Below are positions 22,316 to 29,756 of a stretch of 29,756 nt of DNA, piece by piece. The DNA is from a virus. Lineage: Duplodnaviria > Caudoviricetes. The position numbers were made by a program, and so were the translations under genes. The notes under the pieces were generated by a model that did not search any database, was not told the DNA's origin, and saw only the letters and a program-made list of their open reading frames with translations. The stretch is from IMG/VR virus record IMGVR_UViG_3300027234_000013, positions 1 to 29,756 of that record, one strand, 5' to 3'. The first letter of the stretch is position 1. Every line of letters starts with the position of its first letter.

Positions 22316-25300
22316 AAAGATAGTTAAGATTCACAACCGGACCTTGCGCCCTTACCGAAAGCGTAGCTTCACCATTCCTCGCACGAGTAGAACTTGTGTA
22401 GACGTGTACAAGTTTAAAACGGTCACTACCGCCAAGGTTAAGGATTCCAGCGAAACTTCGTTCAACTCTTGTACCGTTATCGCCCGCAGTCCCACTATAC
22501 GATTCTAATACGGTTTCCACACCAGCTCTAACGTGAATCAGATTAACAGTGTATGTATAAGAGTAGCTAGTTTGAGCGTCAAGAGTCATATCAACATCTA
22601 GTTCAACTTCATAGAAGTTTGAAGGGAGGGATACTACCCCTGTTTGAACTGTCCTAGTAGACTCAGTGGTGTTACTAGGGTCAAAGGTACCAGAAAAAGA
22701 TTTTCTAGGTACGACCCTACCAAGTAGGTCATCAGTACTATAGTTCTTGGTTCCGCCAAGGGGGGAAGCGTAAGTTACTACCCCATTTGCACCATTAGCA
22801 CCAGAATATTGGTTCGACGTACTGCCAAGCCCCCTTGTGCCGATAGTTGTGACAAGATAGATGTTTGAAGTTGGGAAGGCACTTGTACTAACAGACTGGA
22901 CTATTGTTTGGCCAGCCGAGCCACCTACCCCTGCTAAACCTGAATCATCAAGGAAATCAGGGGAGTCACCACCGCCACCACCGCCGCCCGCACCGTAAGC
23001 ACCAGAGAGAGGGGCTGAACCTGCTGACCTATTGCTACCGCCCAAGCCACCAGCGCCGTAGGTTGTACTTTGCCCGTCGTGGTTTGCTGACCTATTAACA
23101 TAAGCGTCTCTACCAGCAGCTCCGCCACCAGCGGTGAAGGAAGCTAGAAGGGGGCCAGATGAACTATTCGCACGAACTTGAACTGTAGTTGCTCCACCAG
23201 CAGTCGCTGTAGTTGCGGTACTCCCCCCATCGTCTTTGCCAGAACCACCACCACCACCTGCACCTTGAATGGTCAACTCAACTTCACCGTTGGTTTGACC
23301 GATGTTAGTGACGGTCGAGTTAACAATGTTTGAAACACCACCTGAGATGCTGCCACCTGTGTAGAAAGTAGGGTTAAATATTTTCATACTTTGACTGTCT
23401 TGATGGATTACCCCAGATAACTGATTCGAAACAATTGAAGTGTGGCTTACTTCAAAACCCTTAGCTCCTGCACCCTTGTCTGTTCTTGAAATCAAGAAAC
23501 CATCTACGTCATACTGAGAGGAACTTGTACGGCCTCCAATAAACCCAGCACCACCAGCGGTCAGCGTTAAAGTGTTGTCGATATTTACATCACCAAGTTC
23601 TGCGCTAATGGCCGAAAGGGATGTAACATTAATTTTGTCAGAAGTTATAGTACCTTCAACTAAAAGATCTCCGTCAACAAACGCCGCTTGGAGGGCCCAA
23701 GAAGTAGTGTAAACATAAGCGTTAGCTTGATTAAGGCTGTTGGTCAATACAAACTTATCACCATTAACGGGGTTAAGCCCCGTAGCTGTTGTAAAGTAGG
23801 TTGTAACAGTAGCAGAAGAAAGCCCCGCAGTAGAAGCAGTAGTGCCTGTTTCATAGCGCCACCAACCTGCACCTCTAGAACCAGTAGCTCCGTCAGCTCC
23901 GTCAGCTCCCTTTATTAAAGCCCAAGAATAAAGAGCCGCATTAGAGGAGTCAGTAGGGTTAGAGTCTGAGTAAGTGCCTATATACTCTTTATTAGTTGGT
24001 GACTGACTAAACCCACCACCCGTAGAAGTATCAGCGTAAGCAATATGAAGGTACGCATTAGTTCCGTCAATACCATCATCATACTCAATACCCTTTTCAG
24101 GTACAAACTTTGTAGCCGTCCCGTAAACGTAGGTTGTAGCAGGAGGTGTTAAAGTGCCTGATCTAACATACTTATCGTTGGTTTGAAAAGTATCATGCCA
24201 AAGTGTTGAACCATTTACACTATATTGTAGTTTAACAGAAACACCGCCTAAGCCATCAAAGTAGTCAACACCTTTAACAGGCGTATAACCGTCAACCCTC
24301 TTGGCGTAAACTACAGCGGAGCCGTAAGAAACAGAAGCTGAAGTTTGTGTTGCTGATCCTGATGCTACGCCGGATTTCCGATAGATGGTATCCCCATCCG
24401 CAGTCAACGCAGGTGGGTCAACAAACCAAAGTGAAGGCGCAGTTAAGTTGTTAGTTACAAAGTTGTAAGTACCTCCTGTGCCGCCTGCGCTACTATTTTT
24501 ACGGTAAATTGAAACTTCAGCAATAGAGGCCCCGTCAATCTGCCAAGGTGTACCCCAAGTAAAGGTAGTAGAGCCTGCTGTTTTAGTCCCAGACGATGCC
24601 CAAACTAACTCAGTCCCAGCTGGAGGGTTATCGTACCATCCAGTAGGAATACCAGAGGAAGCAGCAGGGGTTGCGGGTTGAGTTGCCAACCTTTGAAAGA
24701 TTATGTTTGTAGAAGCCCCAGTAACACCAGTAGCACCCTTTGTTAATACCCAAGCGTAGTCCCCAGGAGTATTTGAGTCAACAGGGTTAGAGTCTGAGTA
24801 AGTACCAATGTAGTTCTTACCTGTTGGAGACTGGCTAAATCCACCGCCTACAGAAGTATCAGCGTAAGCAATATGAAGGTAAGCATTAGTTCCGTCAATA
24901 CCATCATCATATTCTACACCCAGCTCAGGAACAAACTTAGCAGCTGCTCCGTAAACGTAGGTTGTAGCAGGAGGGGTTAAAGTGCCTGATCTAACATACT
25001 TATCGTTTGCTTCAAAAGTATCATGCCAACTACCTGTGCCAAGCACACTATACTGAAGCTTTACTGAAATACCATTTATACCATCAAAGTAGTCAACCTC
25101 TTTTTCTGGAATAAACTTTGAAAAGCTAATCCCTGTTCGAATAGGTAGAGTTGGAAGATCACTTGTGTAAGGGTAGTAGGCAATAAAATTGTTTGTACCA
25201 ACGTTATAGCTCTGTGTGTTTGTTAAAGCATTGCTAGTATTAGCATAAATAACTGCCACTTGACCAACTGTTTTAAGAAGAATAGTCTCGTCATCCACCT

Positions 25301-27200
25301 CAAGTCTATCTGACAAACCTCCAAGAGGAGTTCTACCACGAATGGAAAAGTCATAGGCCCCCGTTTTAAGTCCTGTAACATCAAAGGTTGTACTTCTAGT
25401 TACGCCTAGAGTCTGATAAGTAACTTTATTGTCTCTGGAGACTTCGACTAAGTAATCTATTACAGCAATGTCGTCAGACTCTGTCCAAGAGAGACGACCC
25501 GATGAAGTGCCTAAGTTATCTTCAGCCCCTTGTGTGAAGGTGCCGTTTGTAGGCGCTCCAACAGAAAAGTCAAAGACAGGCTGAGTAGCATAGGCGATAT
25601 CATCTTCAACGTTCCAAGCCAAGGTTTCATGGTCAAACTTATAACATGTCAGGCCAACTGTAAAGTCGCCTCTAACTTCAATACTTTCTACTCGAAATAC
25701 TTCATTTGAAATGTTAAGGTTATCAGAAGTAACTTTAATGAAGTCACCAGGCTCTAAGTTTAAGCCCTTTTTCGAAACAGTAAAGGTTAACGTAAAGATT
25801 GAACGGGCTTTGCGAACAGCCTGTTCTGCCATAGCAAGGGCGTGGTAAGGATCTGTTATACCGTCTGCATCGATATTCGCTTGGAAGGGCTGATTATTGT
25901 CTTCTGTTAGATAAGCGGTATGAGCCGCACTAAAGGAAGGGGGCCAAGTAATTGTGTCTTCTTTAAAGTCTTCATGTTCATTAAGGAAGCTAATGGTTGC
26001 TTGGTTTAGCCTGCTAGAGGCGCTGGGCCAAGACAGGCTTGATTCATCTCTGATAATGTCGTTATCAGTAAAGTGATGGTTAGCATCAACCAAGTTACTT
26101 AGTTCTATTGCTGTCTTCGGGTGCTCTAAAAGCAACTTATACTTGCCCTCAGAAGACCAAGTTAGCTCTGCAAGACCCATTGTGTTCATAATACGTTCAA
26201 TGTTATTACGAATGTTGTCCTCTGTATCGAGCGTTAGGTTGCACTCGTATAAAGGAATTGGTCTTGTGGAAGTTAGTGTAGTTTCAACCCAAACTGTTTT
26301 GTTCCAATACCAGTATTTACCGGAGCCTTGAGTAAGCCAAAGCTCATTTTCATAAGTGTGTTTTTCAAGATTTGTTGGGCGAGAACCATTATCTGCTACT
26401 GTATGAACAGTCTTTTGACCGTTTACTTGCCCTGCTACTGTTCTTTCGGTTGCTACAATAGTATCACAAACAGCTGCCGAGTTGTAAAAAGACTCAAGAT
26501 CAACTTCGTTAACTGACAAACCTCTGCCAAACTTTGAATTCATCAAGTAGTCAAGAAGGCAAAGAGCAGGGTTATTTGAGTAAACTCTGTCGGTGCTTAA
26601 GGAGTAAACCCCATTGAGTTCTTTAACCCACTTTACTTTACGACCTTTAACAAGAAATTCCATTTGAGGAATGCCGTTATAGTTATAGTCATTACGGTTC
26701 AGCTTAAACGTTGCAGAAGCATGAGCAGTGTTTGTAAACTTGTTGTTAGGGTCAATAGTGTTTGCAGTAGCAATTGCATCAGCTGCCCCGCCATTGTTGT
26801 GGGTACGAATTATGTGATTAAACTTTTTAGAACTATCGTTATAGTCTATACCATCCACTTTAACCCACTGAACACCCTCAATGCCTTCATGGCAAAGAGC
26901 ATACTGTACTGTTAAGTATTCGTTCTTAGAGCCGCTCTTTGAAGTATTTGCAAAACTCTCTGAAAAGGTTTTACTTGCGTTGTTTGTAGCAGAAGTGTAG
27001 CTACCTCGAACGAGATGTTTTACCTCGATACCGCCCAGTGAGTTCTTACCGTAAGCCACAGGGACACTAACTGCTTGTCCTGAGATTGTTAAGTTAAAAC
27101 CTTTGCGCTTGTCGGCTTCCCGCTTCATTTTGTTATTTTGGGAGATCTGATAGGCGGTAGAGGCTACCGTGATAATGAGGTTAAGCAACAATTTATCCAT
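22314..27200 (-). CDS. Tail tip / central fibre protein (lambda J-like hub, FN3-like domain, duplicated module, Gly-rich C-terminal region), 1628 aa
   Basis: VPVAYG, YALCHEGIEG, VKGRKV, SNNPALCLLDYL...FGRG, LEPGDFIKV...FRVESI motifs; FN3-like TFDVTGLKTGAYDFSIRG; GAGGGGG repeats. Confidence 0.9.
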   Translation of the reverse strand: MDKLLLNLIITVASTAYQISQNNKMKREADKRKGFNLTISGQAVSVPVAYGKNSLGGIEVKHLVRGSYTSATNNASKTFSESFANTSKSGSKNEYLTVQYALCHEGIEGVQWVKVDGIDYNDSSKKFNHIIRTHNNGGAADAIATANTIDPNNKFTNTAHASATFKLNRNDYNYNGIPQMEFLVKGRKVKWVKELNGVYSLSTDRVYSNNPALCLLDYLMNSKFGRGLSVNEVDLESFYNSAAVCDTIVATERTVAGQVNGQKTVHTVADNGSRPTNLEKHTYENELWLTQGSGKYWYWNKTVWVETTLTSTRPIPLYECNLTLDTEDNIRNNIERIMNTMGLAELTWSSEGKYKLLLEHPKTAIELSNLVDANHHFTDNDIIRDESSLSWPSASSRLNQATISFLNEHEDFKEDTITWPPSFSAAHTAYLTEDNNQPFQANIDADGITDPYHALAMAEQAVRKARSIFTLTFTVSKKGLNLEPGDFIKVTSDNLNISNEVFRVESIEVRGDFTVGLTCYKFDHETLAWNVEDDIAYATQPVFDFSVGAPTNGTFTQGAEDNLGTSSGRLSWTESDDIAVIDYLVEVSRDNKVTYQTLGVTRSTTFDVTGLKTGAYDFSIRGRTPLGGLSDRLEVDDETILLKTVGQVAVIYANTSNALTNTQSYNVGTNNFIAYYPYTSDLPTLPIRTGISFSKFIPEKEVDYFDGINGISVKLQYSVLGTGSWHDTFEANDKYVRSGTLTPPATTYVYGAAAKFVPELGVEYDDGIDGTNAYLHIAYADTSVGGGFSQSPTGKNYIGTYSDSNPVDSNTPGDYAWVLTKGATGVTGASTNIIFQRLATQPATPAASSGIPTGWYDNPPAGTELVWASSGTKTAGSTTFTWGTPWQIDGASIAEVSIYRKNSSAGGTGGTYNFVTNNLTAPSLWFVDPPALTADGDTIYRKSGVASGSATQTSASVSYGSAVVYAKRVDGYTPVKGVDYFDGLGGVSVKLQYSVNGSTLWHDTFQTNDKYVRSGTLTPPATTYVYGTATKFVPEKGIEYDDGIDGTNAYLHIAYADTSTGGGFSQSPTNKEYIGTYSDSNPTDSSNAALYSWALIKGADGADGATGSRGAGWWRYETGTTASTAGLSSATVTTYFTTATGLNPVNGDKFVLTNSLNQANAYVYTTSWALQAAFVDGDLLVEGTITSDKINVTSLSAISAELGDVNIDNTLTLTAGGAGFIGGRTSSSQYDVDGFLISRTDKGAGAKGFEVSHTSIVSNQLSGVIHQDSQSMKIFNPTFYTGGSISGGVSNIVNSTVTNIGQTNGEVELTIQGAGGGGGSGKDDGGSTATTATAGGATTVQVRANSSSGPLLASFTAGGGAAGRDAYVNRSANHDGQSTTYGAGGLGGSNRSAGSAPLSGAYGAGGGGGGGDSPDFLDDSGLAGVGGSAGQTIVQSVSTSAFPTSNIYLVTTIGTRGLGSTSNQYSGANGANGVVTYASPLGGTKNYSTDDLLGRVVPRKSFSGTFDPSNTTESTRTVQTGVVSLPSNFYEVELDVDMTLDAQTSYSYTYTVNLIHVRAGVETVLESYSGTAGDNGTRVERSFAGILNLGGSDRFKLVHVYTSSTRARNGEATLSVRAQGPVVNLNYL
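23904..25097 (-). repeat. Intragenic ~366-bp (122-aa) duplication, copies at 24732-25097 and 23904-24269
   Basis: VDYFDG...NDKYVRSGTLTPPATTYVYG...EYDDGIDGTNAYLHIAYADTS...YIGTYSDSNP...W...KGA occurs twice, 828 bp apart, with long identical DNA stretches. Confidence 0.92.
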
Positions 27201-27760
27201 TATACCTTACCCCACTTTACTGTTATTTCTTTATTTTCAAAAATCTCTTTAAAAGAGGTATCGTCAGGGCTAACCTGCTCCATACCATTCTTTGACGTCA
27301 TAAAAGAACGAACCATATCAAGATCAGACATGGGGGAGGTTCCTTCGATGACTGCTAGCTTTTGTTCAAAATCGTTTGTAATGGAGGGGCTGTCAACGTA
27401 GCCCTTGTAAACACTTAGAACATCATTTGGACTAAGCAAAGGATTACCGTTAGCGTCCAAAAGAGCTACAAAAACACTAATAGGCTTACCGACAACGTTA
27501 GCTCTGAACTCTGCGGAAAGGGTGTCTAGCACCTCTGAGATAACAATTTTGTAAGACTCTCTATCAACTACCGAAGAGAACTTTGGGGAGTCAAACTCGT
27601 AAAGACCTCCGTTTGCCAAGTAGGTATTACCGTTGTAATCAAGGTCTCTATTAAAAGAAGTTAGATAGTAGGTAGTATTAAATTCTAGCTTAATTAGAAA
27701 AGCAAATCTCATATTGTCACTATTAATAACATTCTGTACTGCTGTTGAAAACTGTCTCAT
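27200..27760 (-). CDS. Minor tail protein (gpL/DUF2163-like hub component)
   Basis: YYLTSFNRDLDYNGNTYLANG...VYKGYVD...ITVKWG pattern; upstream of tip protein. Confidence 0.72.
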   Translation of the reverse strand: MRQFSTAVQNVINSDNMRFAFLIKLEFNTTYYLTSFNRDLDYNGNTYLANGGLYEFDSPKFSSVVDRESYKIVISEVLDTLSAEFRANVVGKPISVFVALLDANGNPLLSPNDVLSVYKGYVDSPSITNDFEQKLAVIEGTSPMSDLDMVRSFMTSKNGMEQVSPDDTSFKEIFENKEITVKWGKV

Positions 27761-28365
27761 TACAAGGCCTCTATAATTGAAATTGTACCTGCGTTAGAGA
27801 GAACACCATCGGAAAAGGTGATACCTGTCTGGTTGTTAATATCTCTATAGTAGGACAAAACAGCCCCGCTACCAAATCTAACAGTGTTAGTGTTAGTGTT
27901 TTGTACTCGTAGTTCTGGGTAAAAGTTCATAAACTGGTTTGTGCTTCCCATTTGAACATCGTTAGTTGTAACATAAATCTTGTCATGATTGGAGAATTTA
28001 AAGAAAGTTCCTTTTGGAATAAAACCAGCGGCACTTGTTCCAACTAATAGCGTAGTGGTAGCTCCAGCTACAGTAGTGCCAAACATGTTAAGCGTAGGTT
28101 GACTTAGTGTTGTTTTTGCATCAACTTGAGGCAACTGAGGCATAACCATAGACTGAACTTCTTGATTGTCAACCACAGCGCCTAGAAAGATGTCTACCTG
28201 TGTTTCCGCTGTTCCAACTGTGTTAAAAGCCAACTCCCAGCGTTGAACCCCCTGAGAAGCTCTTTGTTTCCTTAGAGAAACCGTGTCTACCTCGTAAATA
28301 GGTTCGTTTGAAGTAATTGTAAGTGGTGCCAAAATTTGAGCACCGTTAAAATAGTATACCGACAT
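27760..28365 (-). CDS. Distal tail protein-like minor tail protein
   Basis: SLRKQRASQGVQRWEL, GTFFKFSNHDKIY, ends IIEAL; synteny. Confidence 0.65.
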   Translation of the reverse strand: MSVYYFNGAQILAPLTITSNEPIYEVDTVSLRKQRASQGVQRWELAFNTVGTAETQVDIFLGAVVDNQEVQSMVMPQLPQVDAKTTLSQPTLNMFGTTVAGATTTLLVGTSAAGFIPKGTFFKFSNHDKIYVTTNDVQMGSTNQFMNFYPELRVQNTNTNTVRFGSGAVLSYYRDINNQTGITFSDGVLSNAGTISIIEAL

Positions 28366-28811
28366 TATTGACTCCTAAGTGGTCTAGCGATTAAAGGCAC
28401 CCGCCGCTCTAAGAAAAGAGCTTGCCTGATGACTTCAGTGCCGCTGTTATTTTCATTTGTTGAGACCCAAAAGTCACCATTGTTTACCATGGCCCCTGAG
28501 TGGAAAGCAATATCCCCTAGCTCTGGTCTTTTATTTTTGACCACTTCATAACCGCAATATTCGGCGTAACTTTCAACAGTATAGCCCGATTTAAGTAGGA
28601 GTTTAAGCCAACCTTTAATAGAGCTGTAGGGTTCTTTAATAATGTCTCTAGCCTTGGTCTTTCCTCTGAGTTCATAGTCGTACTCAGCGAGTAAGGCGAA
28701 ACAGTCATTAACCCCGCGTGTATATTCTGTGCAACTTTCTGTTAAGAGATCTATTGTTCGACAGGCTCGTTGCAAAGCCTCCGACATCTCTTCTTTTTCA
28801 TAATACTTCAT
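28365..28811 (-). CDS. NlpC/P60-like tail assembly protein (gpK-like, ~148 aa)
   Basis: Start re-set to ATG 28811 (SD GGAG); YTRGVNDCFAL and PELGDIAFH motifs. Confidence 0.68.
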   Translation of the reverse strand: MKYYEKEEMSEALQRACRTIDLLTESCTEYTRGVNDCFALLAEYDYELRGKTKARDIIKEPYSSIKGWLKLLLKSGYTVESYAEYCGYEVVKNKRPELGDIAFHSGAMVNNGDFWVSTNENNSGTEVIRQALFLERRVPLIARPLRSQ

Positions 28812-28906
28812 TCTAACTCCTACAGAGTGGCACAGAGGTGAGCCTCTCAAGTAACTACATAGGTATCCCCATACAGTAGCCTAAGTTGCTCACCCTGTGT
28901 AGCTCT

Positions 28907-29635
28907 CTACATGTCTTCTTTAATAAACAGACGAACAAGGTCTGCTACGATGTCGCTACGAACAATGTCGTCTACTCCGAACTCAATGATTGGGAGGTCG
29001 ATTCCTGCTCTATTAATTTTTCTAGCAAAGGTTACAAGGTCTCTACCGTCTCTCACATCAGACTGAGCAGGGTCTCCCATTAGTACGAGCTTAGAGTTTT
29101 GCCCTAAACGAGTAGTAATTGCTTTTAGTTCTTCCATGCAAAGGTTCTGTGCTTCATCCACTAGAACAAGAGCGTTCTCGTAAGAACGTCCACGAATAGT
29201 TTCAATAGGTTGAATTTCAATTTCACCCTTGGCCAACATGTACTCATACTTACCTTTGCCAAAAGCCTTTGTAAGTACTTCTAGCATGGGCATAAGCCAC
29301 GGGGTCATCTTTTCTTCGATAGTCCCAGGAAAGTGTCCAAGTGACTTCCCTGTTGGTACGTTAGCTCGTGTGAGCACAATCTTTTTGTACCTACCACCCA
29401 TAAAGAGTTGTGCAACAGTCCCTGCACTACAGTAGGTTTTCCCCGTCCCAGCACAACCAATTGTTACTGTAATAGGGGCTTTCTTGATTGAAGAGATAAG
29501 AGTATCTTGTTTCTCGTTCTTAGGTAAAAGATTAAAACTTGTTCGTGGGTAACTAGTATACTTTTCTTCCTGGGCCATATGTTTTGGCATACGTGCGTTG
29601 GCTTTAACGGAATAACGAGACTGTTTTTTGGACAT
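28907..29635 (-). CDS. phoH: PhoH-like ATPase
   Basis: PKNEKQ, GCAGTGKT Walker A, LGHFPG...EKMTPW, IRGRS, LVDEAQN, TRLG..SKLVLMGDPAQSD, DIVRS. Confidence 0.96.
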   Translation of the reverse strand: MSKKQSRYSVKANARMPKHMAQEEKYTSYPRTSFNLLPKNEKQDTLISSIKKAPITVTIGCAGTGKTYCSAGTVAQLFMGGRYKKIVLTRANVPTGKSLGHFPGTIEEKMTPWLMPMLEVLTKAFGKGKYEYMLAKGEIEIQPIETIRGRSYENALVLVDEAQNLCMEELKAITTRLGQNSKLVLMGDPAQSDVRDGRDLVTFARKINRAGIDLPIIEFGVDDIVRSDIVADLVRLFIKEDM

Positions 29636-29668
29636 AAAAGATTCCTTGGACTGTTATTGTTTAGGGGT

Positions 29669-29694
29669 TAAAGCAGGGCCCGAAGGCCCTACTT
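29669..29694 (-). terminator. Rho-independent terminator-like hairpin
   Basis: AAGTAGGGCC-TTCG-GGCCCTGCTT-TA. Confidence 0.7.
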
Positions 29695-29707
29695 GTTTTA
29701 GTTTAAT

Positions 29708-29756
29708 TCAGGGTTTAACAGGCCACACGACATCATTAGGGAAGCCAGCCTGTTGT
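29708..29756 (-). CDS. 3' end of a tail fibre assembly chaperone (partial)
   Basis: Reads ...QQAGFPNDVVWPVKP*, the typical C-terminus of tail fibre assembly chaperones. Confidence 0.65.
   Translation of the reverse strand, partial: QQAGFPNDVVWPVKP

Noticed and set aside
23904-25097. Tail repeat pair as template/variable repeats of a diversity-generating retroelement
   Set aside because: Both copies are coding and in frame, differences are not restricted to adenines, and no reverse transcriptase is present in the window.
1-29756. tRNA or rRNA genes
   Set aside because: No cloverleaf with a T-loop GTTCGA pattern recognised in any intergenic gap; checked by eye only.

Overview
A 29.8-kb segment of a lytic-type siphovirus-like tailed phage of a Gram-negative host; all credible genes are on the minus strand. 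In transcription order it holds: the end of a tail-fibre chaperone, PhoH, tail-tip genes (NlpC/P60-like, Dit-like, gpL-like, 1628-aa tip/fibre), and a lysis cassette (M15 endolysin, holin, u-spanin-like). Two tandem 23-bp T7-style promoters then precede portal, a 1454-aa protein, scaffold, capsid, neck, tail tube, frameshifted chaperones, tape measure, HNH and a strong terminator. A repeat-built, early-type region of small genes follows with a second promoter class, ending in a stand-alone T7-type RNA polymerase that runs off the window edge. The main observation is the 1454-aa gene in the head-morphogenesis slot. It fuses a MuF (Mu gpF/SPP1 gp7-like) minor head domain to a T7-family RNA polymerase core, which suggests a capsid-packaged, injected RNA polymerase. 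The phage thus appears to have two single-subunit RNAPs and two promoter classes. All calls come from motif recognition by eye; no searches were run.
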